Of a stretch of 64,000 nucleotides of DNA, positions 8,921-19,756 are shown in pieces. Positions within the stretch are counted from its first letter, which is position 1, and each line of letters starts with the position of its first letter. The stretch covers positions 3,117 to 67,116 of the forward strand of contig JAWBXL010000004.1 in the NCBI GenBank assembly GCA_038867895.1, in the 5' to 3' direction. Made by a program: the position numbers and the translations under genes. The DNA comes from Candidatus Bathyarchaeia archaeon (GTDB lineage: Archaea > Thermoproteota > Bathyarchaeia > Bathyarchaeales > DTEX01). The notes below the pieces were generated by a model that saw nothing but the letters and a program-made list of their open reading frames with translations, was not told the origin of the DNA and searched no databases.

Positions 8921-9877
8921 ATGAAAACGAGAATGATTCCAGTTAAATGTACTTCATGCAGCATCAGAGAAGCCTTCTACTTCAGGGCGTACTCCGGCGA
9001 GAAACTCTGCCCTAAATGCTTCATCGAATCTGTTGAAAATAAGGTTAGGGCGACGATCGCCAAATATATGATGTTAAAGTTTGATGATAGGATCGCCGTG
9101 GCAGTCTCTGGTGGGAAGGATAGCGTGAGTCTACTACATATTCTGGCGAGGATTGAGAGGGATTTCCCGAAAACATCATTATGCGCAATCACAATCGATG
9201 AGGGGATAGAGGGTTATAGAGAAGAGGCTGTTAAAATAGCCTCAGAAAACTGTAGAATTCTGGGCGTCGAGCATTATACAATCTCATTCAAGGACCTTTA
9301 TGGCTACACATTAGATGAAATTGTTAAGAAGATTAGAGATTCTGGAAGCAATTTAACGCCCTGCTCCTATTGTGGGGTTCTAAGGAGAAAGGCGCTTAAT
9401 ATATTAGCCAGAAAGATCGGTGCAACAAAGATCGCGGTGGCTCATAATCTTGATGATGAGATACAAACTTTCATACTCAACATAATGCATGGAGACCCCA
9501 TAAGGATAACTAGAGCCGGACCAGTCTTCGAGGAGGAAAGAGAGGGCCTTATACCTAGAGTAAAACCGCTCTGCGAGATTCTAGAAAAAGAGGTAACCCT
9601 ATACGCATACTTAAAGGGAATAAAATTTCAGGAGAATCCATGCCCATACGCCGGAGAAGCCCTAAGAAACGACGTAAGGAATATGCTTAACAGGCTTGAG
9701 GAGAAACATCCCGGAACAAAATATACAATCTTTAGATCGGCCGAGAAGATAAGGGAGAAAATGAGAGAATCAAAACCAGAAATAAATCTGAGAACATGCA
9801 AAATATGTGGAGAGGTAACTGTTGGTGAGATATGCCGAGCATGCAAGCTGCTTCAAAACCTTTCCATCCAAAAATAA
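8921..9877 (+). CDS. PP-loop tRNA 2-thiolation ATPase (TtuA/Ncs6 family)
   Basis: SGGKDS is the PP-loop. N- and C-terminal CxxC...CxxC zinc fingers are present, with a central CSYCGVLRR. Confidence 0.8.
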   Translation: MKTRMIPVKCTSCSIREAFYFRAYSGEKLCPKCFIESVENKVRATIAKYMMLKFDDRIAVAVSGGKDSVSLLHILARIERDFPKTSLCAITIDEGIEGYREEAVKIASENCRILGVEHYTISFKDLYGYTLDEIVKKIRDSGSNLTPCSYCGVLRRKALNILARKIGATKIAVAHNLDDEIQTFILNIMHGDPIRITRAGPVFEEEREGLIPRVKPLCEILEKEVTLYAYLKGIKFQENPCPYAGEALRNDVRNMLNRLEEKHPGTKYTIFRSAEKIREKMRESKPEINLRTCKICGEVTVGEICRACKLLQNLSIQK

Positions 9878-9886
9878 ATTCATTTT

Positions 9887-10220
9887 GGACGGCGGGTCAC
9901 TGAGGCTCGACGCACAGAATCCGCAGACCCAAGCCAACCCGCCACTCATACCCGCACCCCTCTGAGCGCTGAGCGCCCGGACTTAGGTTGCTCCCTCCCG
10001 GGCCTGGCCAGGTTCGCCCGGCAAACGCGGTTACACCCCTCCTACGGGGGGTGCCCCGCGACCGTCAGCCCCAGAGGACAGATATTCATTGTTTAGGGTT
10101 GACTGGGACTACGGCCTTACGCGCCTTACCTCAGCTTTCGGCCCGCCGTATAGGGGGTTTGCGGTCGAGGCCCTTTGCCTCTCAGGGGACCCCTAGCCCC
10201 CCGCCTAAGACCCGCCGTCC
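9887..10220 (-). ncRNA. signal recognition particle (7S/SRP) RNA
   Basis: This is a GC-rich island with complementary termini (GGACGGCGGGT ... ACCCGCCGTCC). Minus-sense GGCCAGGCCCGGGAGGGAGCAACC (10009-9986) matches the conserved helix-8 core (compare E. coli CCAGGUCCGGAAGGAAGCAGCC). A downstream GGGGTGCGGG resembles the M. jannaschii S domain as I recall it. Confidence 0.8.
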
Positions 10221-10264
10221 AAAATAGATTATTGAATTGGGCGCTAATAAATTCTGTGCTTTAG

Positions 10265-11560
10265 TCAAATGCTTTTGCCTCTGAGGGCCTCCATTAGCAG
10301 TGGCATTAGCATCGTTCCCCTTTCCAGTATTCCTAGGCTTCCACGTCGGCACTCTTTCTCCGAGAACTTTTCTATTCCATCACTCTTGATTTTTCCGCCT
10401 GAGATTAGTAATGGAACCGGGTCATCCGTATGCGCCCTTGCTCTGCATGGTGTTGAGTGGTCGGCCGTCACGCATATGATTGTATCTTTTAAGTCGATTT
10501 TAGGTAGAATATTTCCAAAGAAAAAGTTGTCTATTGAGGCGATCATCTTAGCTTTAAGCAGGCTGTTTCCATCATGCCCAGGCTCATCTGGCCCCTTGAT
10601 ATGTATGTAGAAGCAGTCGAACCTTTCCAAACTATCTAATAGTTTCTTAGCTCTAAGTAAGCAGTCGCCTTCTAAGTCTCTTGAGGGAGGAGGAACCTCA
10701 ATTAAATGCATGCCAGCAAGCCTAGCAACCCCCTTCTCAACTGGCATGTCAGCTAGGCATGCAAAACTAACCCCATATTTCTCACATATATTGAAGAATC
10801 TTGGTAGGGCGTTGCCAGCGCCACGCACAATTATCGCATTTGCCTTAAGCTTGCCCTCAGCTTCACGCTTCTTATTAACCTCATGCTCCTCTAAAATCCT
10901 ATGACTTTTAAAAACAAACTCGTTTACAAGGTCTGCTGAAACCTTGGCAGACTCGCTATCCTCTAATGGAATACATTCTCTCAGAATCATATTAGTGTTT
11001 GACTTCGCAACCTCTAGCTCGGCAACTCTACTATATACAGGGTCCATAACTGAAATCATATCTGAGAGCAGGAGATTCTTACCCCTTATTACTAGGACCC
11101 CGCGGTAGCCTACGGTACTTTTGAATTTGAATTCTGCCGGATGAGACTCCAGCTTAACCATTTCATTAATGGCCTGAGCGAGCTCAAAGGCCTCCTCGGT
11201 CGTCAGGTTTCTTCCAGCTCTCCTATCAACTATAACTCCATTTGGGCCTAGCGTTGCGAAATTGCATCTTAACGCCAGGTCTCCGTCTATTACGTCTAAA
11301 CCAGCTCCATAGGCCTCTATTGGCCCCCTCCTAATGTAATGTGCGTGAGGATCGTATCCTAAAATTGATATCGCGGCTACATGACTCTCAGGCGCAATGC
11401 CACGCCCAACAGTATACATGAGACCAAGTTTACCTTTACCGGCTAGGGAATCCATGTTCGGCGTCTCGGCAAATTCAAGCGGCGTCTTGTTTCCAAGATT
11501 CTCTGCTGGTAGATCTCCCATTCCATCAATGATCACATATAAAAGCTTCAATCTGGACAC
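10265..11560 (-). CDS. apgM: 2,3-bisphosphoglycerate-independent phosphoglycerate mutase, archaeal type
   Basis: LLYVIIDGMGD at the N-terminus and TADHSTPC near the C-terminus. The length is 431 aa. Confidence 0.85.
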   Translation of the reverse strand: MSRLKLLYVIIDGMGDLPAENLGNKTPLEFAETPNMDSLAGKGKLGLMYTVGRGIAPESHVAAISILGYDPHAHYIRRGPIEAYGAGLDVIDGDLALRCNFATLGPNGVIVDRRAGRNLTTEEAFELAQAINEMVKLESHPAEFKFKSTVGYRGVLVIRGKNLLLSDMISVMDPVYSRVAELEVAKSNTNMILRECIPLEDSESAKVSADLVNEFVFKSHRILEEHEVNKKREAEGKLKANAIIVRGAGNALPRFFNICEKYGVSFACLADMPVEKGVARLAGMHLIEVPPPSRDLEGDCLLRAKKLLDSLERFDCFYIHIKGPDEPGHDGNSLLKAKMIASIDNFFFGNILPKIDLKDTIICVTADHSTPCRARAHTDDPVPLLISGGKIKSDGIEKFSEKECRRGSLGILERGTMLMPLLMEALRGKSI

Positions 11561-11685
11561 CAGGGACGCCTTTTCACATACACATAAAAATTAACTGAAC
11601 ATAAAACTTACTTAAACAGAGGGTAATCACTGAAACTTTATATTGATAACTTTATATCCCTAAGTTATTGAAGAGTTGGGATTCT

Positions 11686-13242
11686 ATGATAAAGCTTAGG
11701 GCTAGGTTGCTTGATTTGGAGGCGGGTGGAAAGTTCATTGTTATTTTGAATCGTGATGATGCTGAGGAGATCGGTGCGCTTGGTCCTAGCAGAGTTAGGG
11801 TGTCAAAGGGCTCTAGGGATCTCATTGCAATAGTCAATTTGGCGGTTGAGAGTATTCCAAGGGGTTATATTGGCATATATAATGAAGTTAAAGGTTATCT
11901 GGGTCTGAAGGATGGAGAGGAGGTTTATGTTGAGTCTATTGGTATACCGGCATCGGTCTATCATATAAGGAATAAGCTGGGCGGTAGGAGACTAACCTAC
12001 GAGGAGATATATGAGATAGTTAGGGATATTGTTAATGGGAAGCTTAGTGAGATAGAGACAGCAGCCTTTATAGTAGCCCTCCACACGTTTGGATTAGATT
12101 TAGATGAGGCTACAAGCCTATCGCTCGCCATGGTTGAGACTGGGAGCAGGCTGGATCTAAAGAAGCCGCTTATAGTGGACAAGCATTCAATAGGTGGGGT
12201 TCCCGGAGATAAGACAACCCTTTTAGTAGTTCCGATTATTGCAGCTTCGGGTTTAACGATACCCAAGTCCTCTTCTAGAGCAATAACATCCGCGGCTGGC
12301 ACAGCTGATAGGGCTGAAGCTATAATGCCGGTTAATCTCCGGCTGGATGAGGTGCGTGAGGTTGTTGAGAAGGCGAATGGATGTATTGTTTGGGGTGGGA
12401 CTCTCGATTTGGCGCCAGCAGATGATATATTTATAAGAGTTGAGCATCCATTATCAATAGATCCTATTCTTCTCCCATCAATAATGAGTAAGAAGAAGGC
12501 TGTTGGAGCCAATTTCCTAGCGATAGACATACCGACCGGAAGAGGAACAAAAGTGAAGACCATTGGGGAGGCAGATTTGCTGGCCAAGGACTTTATTGAG
12601 TTGGGTAGGAGACTTGGAATTAGGGTTAAGTGCGCGGTAACCTATGGGGAGCAACCAATAGGCTACGCCATTGGGCCAGCTCTCGAGGCGTGGGAAGCTC
12701 TTAACACGTTGATGGGAAGAAGCAGACCCTATGATTTAATCGATAAGGCCACCCATATAGCTGGCATACTATTAGAAATGAGCGGGAAAATAAGGAGCGG
12801 TGGCGGAAGAGACCTTGCCCTCAAAATCTTAGAAAGCGGGAAAGCTGAGGAGAAACTTAGGGAGATCATAAGCGCTCAGGGTGGAAACCCAAAGATAACC
12901 CCGGAGGATATAGCTTTGGGCTCTGAAAAATATACTGTTTATTCAAGGAAGAATGGATTGGTTCTATGGATAGATAATTCATTAATAGTTGAGGCAGCTA
13001 GGATGGCTGGTGCGCCCAGAGATAAGGGCGCTGGCATCCTACTACATAAAAAGATAGGAGATAAGGTTTCTAAGGGTGAACCGCTGGTAACAATATACGC
13101 TGAAAGATCTAGTAAGCTCGAGAAGCCTATAAAGGTTTTTGAGGAGACGCCAGCTATAGGCGTAGGAGACCGGATGGAGATGCTTATTCATGAGATTGAG
13201 GAGAGACCTATAACGAAAAAGACATTTATTCTAGAGCGCTAG
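11686..13242 (+). CDS. AMP phosphorylase (thymidine phosphorylase family with N-terminal extension)
   Basis: DKHSIGGVPGDKTT and SSRAITSAAGTADRAE are present. The ~85-aa N-terminal extension is typical of archaeal AMPpase. ATG 11686 is preferred over the track's TTG 11668. Confidence 0.8.
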   Translation: MIKLRARLLDLEAGGKFIVILNRDDAEEIGALGPSRVRVSKGSRDLIAIVNLAVESIPRGYIGIYNEVKGYLGLKDGEEVYVESIGIPASVYHIRNKLGGRRLTYEEIYEIVRDIVNGKLSEIETAAFIVALHTFGLDLDEATSLSLAMVETGSRLDLKKPLIVDKHSIGGVPGDKTTLLVVPIIAASGLTIPKSSSRAITSAAGTADRAEAIMPVNLRLDEVREVVEKANGCIVWGGTLDLAPADDIFIRVEHPLSIDPILLPSIMSKKKAVGANFLAIDIPTGRGTKVKTIGEADLLAKDFIELGRRLGIRVKCAVTYGEQPIGYAIGPALEAWEALNTLMGRSRPYDLIDKATHIAGILLEMSGKIRSGGGRDLALKILESGKAEEKLREIISAQGGNPKITPEDIALGSEKYTVYSRKNGLVLWIDNSLIVEAARMAGAPRDKGAGILLHKKIGDKVSKGEPLVTIYAERSSKLEKPIKVFEETPAIGVGDRMEMLIHEIEERPITKKTFILER

Positions 13243-13328
13243 CCACGGTATAATTGTCGCCGCTTGAGGCATAAACAATAAATACTTGAAGAATATTTTT
13301 TAAAGATCTTGTTTGAAAGGGTGGTCTA

Positions 13329-14678
13329 ATGGAAGAGTTCTTTAAGATGGCGCTTGATCTTATTGAGGCAAGCGAGAAGCATGAAAGGTATAGGGGCGAA
13401 GAGTGTATAAACCTTATAGCTAGTGAGGGCTTAAAGTCCCCGGCTGTTAGGGAGATGCTACAATTAGTGATGGATCTTGAGTGCAGGTATGCTGAAGGAG
13501 AAAATGATCTTACAGGGCATGTTAAAAAAAGGTACTATCAGGGGCAAAAATACATTACAGCTATAGAGAACTGTGTAACAGACCTAATGAAGATGCTATT
13601 CAAGTGTAATTGGGCTGACGTGCGCCTGGTCTCAGGGACACACGCTAACCTAGCAGCCTTTAAGGGGATATCCCTAGCCACGAGGAACAGGAAGATGGTT
13701 GTCGCCCCATTGAGTGCCGGGGCGCATATTTCGCATGATTATACGGGTCTCGCCGGGATGGTTTTGGGTCTAGAGAACATAGAATTAGCATATGACATTA
13801 ATGAAATGAATATAGACCCGGAAAAGTCGGCTGAAATTATTAGAGCGGCTAAGCCTGGGATAGTAACTCTTGGTGGAAGCCTATTCTTATTTCCACATCC
13901 AGTTAAAGAGGTTAGCGAGGTTGCCCATGAGGTGGGAGCATACCTGGTTTACGACGCAGCCCATGTGCTTGGATTAATAGCTGGCAGTGAATTCCAAGAT
14001 CCCCTTAGGGAGGGCGCAGACTTCATGACAGCCTCAACGCACAAGACTTTCCCAGGCCCTCAAGGAGGCGTGATCCTCGCTGAGAATAGGGATGAGCGCA
14101 TGGAGAAGGCTATAAAAAGTGTCCAATACGCAATATTCCCATTAAGCACGTCGAACACGCATTTAGGGAGGCTTCCAGCGACGGGCATAGCCGCGCTTGA
14201 ACTAAAGCTTTTCGGTGAGGCTCTGGCCAGGCAGACTGTTAGGAACGCGCAGACTGCTGGGCAATACCTCTATGAGGGAGGTCTAAAAGTTCTTGGGGAG
14301 AAAAAAGGTTTCACGAGGTCGCATCAGCTTGCCGTGGATGTGCGGGAGTATGGTGGAGGGGGAAAAATTGCTGAGAACCTTGAAAGGGCGAACATAATTC
14401 TAAATAGAAATATACTGCCATACGACGACCAGAATAACCGGGAGAACCCATCTGGATTAAGAATAGGCTTCCAGGAGATAACGAGAAGGGGCTTCACAGA
14501 GAGCGACGTAAAATATTTATGCGACCTAATGCTGGGCATAATTAAGGGAAAGCGCAAACCAGAGGAAGTAAGAGAGGAGGTTATAGCCCTAAGAAAACAA
14601 CACAATGAAATCAAATATGGATTTAAGAGCCTAAGAGAAGTTATAGAATACCTACAAAAGAGCCTAAAAGGAATATAG
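13329..14678 (+). CDS. glyA: serine hydroxymethyltransferase
   Basis: INLIASEGLKSPAV and TASTHKTFPGPQGG (PLP lysine). The length is 449 aa. Confidence 0.85.
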   Translation: MEEFFKMALDLIEASEKHERYRGEECINLIASEGLKSPAVREMLQLVMDLECRYAEGENDLTGHVKKRYYQGQKYITAIENCVTDLMKMLFKCNWADVRLVSGTHANLAAFKGISLATRNRKMVVAPLSAGAHISHDYTGLAGMVLGLENIELAYDINEMNIDPEKSAEIIRAAKPGIVTLGGSLFLFPHPVKEVSEVAHEVGAYLVYDAAHVLGLIAGSEFQDPLREGADFMTASTHKTFPGPQGGVILAENRDERMEKAIKSVQYAIFPLSTSNTHLGRLPATGIAALELKLFGEALARQTVRNAQTAGQYLYEGGLKVLGEKKGFTRSHQLAVDVREYGGGGKIAENLERANIILNRNILPYDDQNNRENPSGLRIGFQEITRRGFTESDVKYLCDLMLGIIKGKRKPEEVREEVIALRKQHNEIKYGFKSLREVIEYLQKSLKGI

Positions 14679-14738
14679 AGGGAGAGAGGCTAGGCCAGTA
14701 AAAAGGCAAAATACCAAAGATAACATTAAAACACGCAG

Positions 14739-15851
14739 TTAACTTTCCCTGAAACTTTTGATTATTCTTGGTATTTTCTCGGCTCTTAGCGCGTGGTCTG
14801 CTAATACAAATGCTAGGCATGCTTCGACGACGGGGACCGCTCTTGGGACTATACATGGGTCGTGCCTACCAGCAATTTGAATTTCTTCCTCCTCCATCGT
14901 TTTCAAGTTTACTGTCCTCTGCCTCTTTGATATTGATGGGGTTGGCTTGAATGCAACCCTAACCTTAATTGGCATGCCATTTGATAATCCGCCGATTATT
15001 CCACCAGAATTATTTGTTAATGTAACGATTTTTCCATCCCTTATTGCATATTGATCGTTGGCTTCTGAACCCTTCATTGAAGCTATTCTGAAGCCGGCCC
15101 CGAATTCTACGCCCTTAACAGCCGGTATATTGAATAGCATCTTTGCTATATCTGCATCTAGAGAATCGAATATTGGCTCACCCAGCCCGGCTGGGACATT
15201 TAATGCGATACCCTCAACAACCCCGCCCACGCTATCTCCCTTCCCAGCGGCCCTAAGCACCTCTCCAACCATTTTATCGGCTATTTTCGGAACCGCGCAT
15301 CTAGCAGGATTTGAGTAAACGTTCCTTCTTATATCGTCATATGACACTTCACAGTCAACACTAACGCCGCCAATTTGCACAGCATGAGCTAGAACCTCCA
15401 CCCCAATTAAGCCTAAAAGCTTCTTCGCGACTGCGCCGGCCATAACATAGGCTACCGTCACTCTTCCGGAGAACCTTCCTCCCCCGCGCGGATCATTGAA
15501 GCCGCCATACTTCACCCTAGCCGTGTAATCCGCGTGGCCAGGCCTGGGCTTAATCATAAAGTGTTCATATGGTCTGGAATCTACATCCCTATTCCTAACA
15601 ACCATACATATTGGCGCGCCAGTGGTATAGCCCCTGTAGATGCCCGATATTATTTTAACCTTATCCTCCTCCTTCCTAGACGAAGTTATCTCCGAGAGAC
15701 CAGGCCTCCTCTTGTCGAGCTCAGCCTGTATATCCGCCTCGCTCAGAGGCAGCCCAGCTGGGCAGCCGTCGATAACGGCTCCTATATATGCTCCGTGGCT
15801 CTCGCCAAAGCATGTAAGAGCCAGAGCTTTACCTATCGAGTTACCGTTCAA
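14739..15851 (-). CDS. aroC: chorismate synthase
   Basis: FGESHG, RPGHADY and GGGRFSGR motifs. Confidence 0.9.
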   Translation of the reverse strand: MNGNSIGKALALTCFGESHGAYIGAVIDGCPAGLPLSEADIQAELDKRRPGLSEITSSRKEEDKVKIISGIYRGYTTGAPICMVVRNRDVDSRPYEHFMIKPRPGHADYTARVKYGGFNDPRGGGRFSGRVTVAYVMAGAVAKKLLGLIGVEVLAHAVQIGGVSVDCEVSYDDIRRNVYSNPARCAVPKIADKMVGEVLRAAGKGDSVGGVVEGIALNVPAGLGEPIFDSLDADIAKMLFNIPAVKGVEFGAGFRIASMKGSEANDQYAIRDGKIVTLTNNSGGIIGGLSNGMPIKVRVAFKPTPSISKRQRTVNLKTMEEEEIQIAGRHDPCIVPRAVPVVEACLAFVLADHALRAEKIPRIIKSFRES

Positions 15852-17136
15852 TAATCTCAGCCCCGAGTAGACGCATATCCCTAATAAAATTTGGGTAGGA
15901 TTTACTTATACATTCAGCATCACGTATAATTGTCTCGCCATCAGCTCCCAGGGCGGCGACGGCGCAGGCCATGGCTATCCTATGATCCCCATGCGGATCT
16001 ATTATAGCCCCATGAAGACGCCCCCCGCCACGAATAATCAATGAGTCTTCTAGAACTCTTATCGACGCGCCCATCTTCCCAAGCTCGCTCAACAGCACCT
16101 CAACCCTATCAGACTCCTTAAACCTAAGCCTTCTAACACCGCTAATCACCGATTCTCCATCGGCAAAACATGCGAGGACAGCGCAGACCGGGACTAGGTC
16201 CGGGTTATCCCTCATATTAATGTTAACTGGCCTTAAACTTCCATCAATGTCCCTAACCTCAACACAATTTAGGCCGACATCGATCACCGCGCCCATATCG
16301 CCGAGGATACTAATTATCCTACGGTCCCCCTGGAGACTATCCCTTAAAAGGTTCTCAACCCTAACATTCGACCTTGTTATTGCCGCGGCCGCCAACAGGA
16401 ATGATGCCGAGGAGTAATCGCCCTCAATAGCATGATTATATGGCTTATACTCCTGTCCACAAGGCACATGAAACAGATTTTCAGAGGAGGCCACTTTAAC
16501 ATTATGTTTCGTGAGGATATCTAGTGTTATGTCCACGTATGGCTTAGACTCAAGGGATGTCAAAAGACATATATATGTATCGTTCTGGGCCATTGGAGCC
16601 GCAAAAAGTAAGCCTGAAATAAACTGCGAGCTTACATCACCCCTAATCCTGGCTCTTCCACCCCTAATCCCGCCGCCAAACACTATTATGGGCGGTCGGC
16701 CGTCACCCCGGGCCGAATAACATTTAACCCCAATCTGGCCTAGAGCATCCAGTAATGGGCCCATCGGCCTTCTCCTTAAACTTTCGCCCCCGGTGAGAAT
16801 GGAGATCCCGTCGGCGAGGGCGCATACAGGAGTAATAAACCGCATGGTGGATCCGGACTCGCCGCAATCTATGACGTCTTCTGGGGTCTTAGGCTTCGGG
16901 GAGCCCCCCACTCTTACCTCGCCACATTCTGAGACTGTTATCTCGGCCCCAAGCATTCGGCAGGCATTAATCGTCGCTATTGTATCATCGCAGAATAATA
17001 TGTTATGAATCTTTGATTCTCCTCGTGAAAGGGATGAGGCTATTATAGCTCGGTGTGTATGGGCTTTTGATGGAGGAGCCACTATAGAGCCATATAATGC
17101 GGCCCCACCCCTAACAATTAATTCAACCATTAACAT
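15841..17136 (-). CDS. aroA: 3-phosphoshikimate 1-carboxyvinyltransferase (EPSP synthase)
   Basis: PPSKAHTHRA, GESGSTMRF and DHRIAMA motifs. It overlaps aroC by 11 nt. Confidence 0.9.
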   Translation of the reverse strand: MLMVELIVRGGAALYGSIVAPPSKAHTHRAIIASSLSRGESKIHNILFCDDTIATINACRMLGAEITVSECGEVRVGGSPKPKTPEDVIDCGESGSTMRFITPVCALADGISILTGGESLRRRPMGPLLDALGQIGVKCYSARGDGRPPIIVFGGGIRGGRARIRGDVSSQFISGLLFAAPMAQNDTYICLLTSLESKPYVDITLDILTKHNVKVASSENLFHVPCGQEYKPYNHAIEGDYSSASFLLAAAAITRSNVRVENLLRDSLQGDRRIISILGDMGAVIDVGLNCVEVRDIDGSLRPVNINMRDNPDLVPVCAVLACFADGESVISGVRRLRFKESDRVEVLLSELGKMGASIRVLEDSLIIRGGGRLHGAIIDPHGDHRIAMACAVAALGADGETIIRDAECISKSYPNFIRDMRLLGAEIIER

Positions 17137-17148
17137 TTCCGCCTCATG

Positions 17149-18027
17149 CTATAATGGATGAGCCTTCTCACGGTTAATTACAGCCTCTATAACTTCACCA
17201 TCATATTTGCTCCAAGCGCGGCGGGCACTCTCAACTTTATCCCTTGGTACCACCGCGGCTACCGCCGGGCCCTTGCCGGAAAGCCCCGCTGCAATAGCCC
17301 CTGAAGATAGGGCATCTATAGCTACGTTTGGATCATATCCAAGGACCGCCGAGTAGGCTAGACCGTTAAGTGTCATTGCACGCCAATAGTCTCCGGAGAG
17401 GGCCATCCCATGTAGAGCCTTAATCTCCCTGGATATAATTTTCATTCTATTTACATCCGATTTAGCCGTATATGCTTTTCTTGGCGGAACATAAATTAAG
17501 ACTGCATAGTCTTCTTCTGGCTGAAAGATCCGTAAGATCTTTCTCTCAATATTGTCCGTTACGACTATGTTTCCGAAGTATGAGGCGCATGCATCATCAA
17601 ATGCTCCTGTCACTGTTACACCAGCCTCGATGGACGCTTCAACCCCAATATTAATTATCGTTAAATCATCTACTTCTTCGCCCAGCGCCGAGACTGTTGC
17701 AAGGGCTATTGCATTAGCCGCAGCGCTGCTACTCTTCAATCCACGTGCAATGGGAATGTTAGAATCCGTCTCAACATATGCTCCATACTGATCCTCAACA
17801 CCAAAATATTTTAGAAAGCGGCGGACAACCTTCTCGATCAAAATTATGCTCTCAGATGGATCTGAGAGGATTCTCCCCATGATCCTCCCAGGCTCATTTG
17901 TGAGCTTGACTCTAGCCTCAGTCTTAAGGTTTATCCCAAGGGCTGCGCCCAGACCGCAGGATATAGCATTAATGATGGTCACGGCCCCATACGCAATCGC
18001 CCGCCCAACCAAAGCCAAGAGCCGCAC
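17149..18027 (-). CDS. aroK: archaeal GHMP-type shikimate kinase
   Basis: GAVTIINAISCGLGAALGI and GLKSSSAAANA (GHMP motif). It lies between aroE and aroA. Confidence 0.8.
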   Translation of the reverse strand: MRLLALVGRAIAYGAVTIINAISCGLGAALGINLKTEARVKLTNEPGRIMGRILSDPSESIILIEKVVRRFLKYFGVEDQYGAYVETDSNIPIARGLKSSSAAANAIALATVSALGEEVDDLTIINIGVEASIEAGVTVTGAFDDACASYFGNIVVTDNIERKILRIFQPEEDYAVLIYVPPRKAYTAKSDVNRMKIISREIKALHGMALSGDYWRAMTLNGLAYSAVLGYDPNVAIDALSSGAIAAGLSGKGPAVAAVVPRDKVESARRAWSKYDGEVIEAVINREKAHPL

Positions 18028-18028
18028 C

Positions 18029-18895
18029 TCAACAACCTTTTTCCATAATTTTCTTTAGAGCTGCCTCCCTCATAACCTCTATTGGCGCCTTAACTCCAGT
18101 CCATATCTCGAAGGATAGTGCCCCCTGGTGGACGAGCATTGAGAGCCCATCAACAGTCTTTGCGCCAACGGACTTAGCTTCCCTGAGAAGTCTCGTCTCA
18201 AGCGGATCATAAACTATGTCGAAGACAGTTAAATTTCCATGAAGCATTTCTCTTTTAACGGGGGTTTCATCCTCATTTGGCTTCATGCCAACTGAGGTTG
18301 CGTTTATCAGTATGTCAGCATTTCTTAGCTCGTCCCCTAAAACCCCTTCTAAGAGGGGGCCAGCCCTAATCTCAACCGAGCTGGAAACTCTCCTTAATTC
18401 ATCCGCCAGCTCCTCAGCCTTCCTCAAAGTCCTATTTAATATTACTAGTTCTTGGGCGTGATTGACAAGCGTGAAAGATATTGATTTTGAGGCTCCCCCA
18501 GCCCCTAAAATAACAACTTTTTTTCCGAGGGGGTCGGAGCCAGCATACTTTAGGGCGCTAAGCGCGCCCAATCCGTCAGTCGTGTATCCTATAAGCCTGC
18601 CATCCCTATTAAGGATAGTGTTTACTGAACCAGCCATCTTAGCTCCCTCATCAAGTTCATCAAGATATTTTATCACGTTTATTTTATAGGGCATTGTTAC
18701 ATTTACTCCGCGGATACCGAGACCCCTTATGCCAGAAACGGCTTCCCCAAGATTCTCTGGTGGAACATTGAATGCCACATAAATGTAGTCTAGGCCAAGA
18801 TGCTGAAAGGCAGCGTTATGCATTATTGGGCTCAGCGAGTGCTCGATTGGATATCCTATTAGGGCGCAGACCCTCGTCCTACCAGTTATCTCCAT
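18029..18895 (-). CDS. aroE: shikimate 5-dehydrogenase
   Basis: SLSPIMHNAAF, NVTMPYK and GAGGASKS motifs. Confidence 0.9.
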   Translation of the reverse strand: MEITGRTRVCALIGYPIEHSLSPIMHNAAFQHLGLDYIYVAFNVPPENLGEAVSGIRGLGIRGVNVTMPYKINVIKYLDELDEGAKMAGSVNTILNRDGRLIGYTTDGLGALSALKYAGSDPLGKKVVILGAGGASKSISFTLVNHAQELVILNRTLRKAEELADELRRVSSSVEIRAGPLLEGVLGDELRNADILINATSVGMKPNEDETPVKREMLHGNLTVFDIVYDPLETRLLREAKSVGAKTVDGLSMLVHQGALSFEIWTGVKAPIEVMREAALKKIMEKGC

Positions 18896-19620
18896 TATTC
18901 TAACCTCATCCTCCTATAGATTTCCCTCATCTCATGAATAGATATTTGGCCCGGAGCAGTTTCAAGGCCCGCTCCAAGCGACGCATACGTAAATGACGCT
19001 CCAAAGACCGGGGATAAAATCCTCGAGAGCAAGCCCTTCTCGCCCATGGCGAAGCAGACTAGGCTGGTCCTCTTGCTCATTTCATACGTGAAAACCAGGC
19101 ATCTAACGCTATCTAACAGGCTATTCGCCATAGAAACAACCTTGCATATGTCAGCATTAGCCTCAACCTGCCTCCTGACGAGAGCCTCCAATTCTTCTGT
19201 TTGCGGCGTATGGGTGAAGATATGATAAGAAATTATTACTTTGGCTCCATGGGCTTTAATTTTGTCAACAACTTCATGAAGGTTCCGCGTGTCCAACTCT
19301 ATATCTATATAATCGAAGCCGGCTTCAGCAGCCATAATAAGCGACTCAATTCTCTCCCCCTCGCTTAACATGCATTCTCCGCCTTGCCCCTTATGCCTAT
19401 TAGTCGCTATTAACGGAACAGAACAGACGCTGACAACCTCTTTAAGGCGGTTAACGCTCTCCAATAATTTTTCACTCATATAGTCTAGTCTAATCTCAAT
19501 CAGATTAGCGCCGCTCTCTTCAGCCTCACGGACCCTATTAAAAAGACCTTGAAGATCTCTAGCGGGAATAGGAACGCAGACCCTTACACCCAAATTAACC
19601 CAGCCTTCCCTTTCACACAT
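18895..19620 (-). CDS. aroD: 3-dehydroquinate dehydratase, type I
   Basis: LIEIRLDY and a TIM-barrel type I DHQase pattern. It shares a 1-nt overlap with aroE. Confidence 0.8.
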   Translation of the reverse strand: MCEREGWVNLGVRVCVPIPARDLQGLFNRVREAEESGANLIEIRLDYMSEKLLESVNRLKEVVSVCSVPLIATNRHKGQGGECMLSEGERIESLIMAAEAGFDYIDIELDTRNLHEVVDKIKAHGAKVIISYHIFTHTPQTEELEALVRRQVEANADICKVVSMANSLLDSVRCLVFTYEMSKRTSLVCFAMGEKGLLSRILSPVFGASFTYASLGAGLETAPGQISIHEMREIYRRMRLE

Positions 19621-19756
19621 TAATCTTTTAATATAAAGGTTATTTGATTTTTCGGGATCATTGTGCTTTCGGATTAATATCTATTAATAAAGCAATTAAA
19701 TAAAAAAATGATTTAAGCTTCAGAGTTGAAAATCAAAAGAATAAAGCAATTGCCTG

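Noticed and set aside
9988-10227. 79-aa plus-strand ORF
   Set aside because: It lies wholly within the SRP RNA gene. Its Pro/Arg/Gly-rich low-complexity translation comes from GC-rich RNA-coding DNA.
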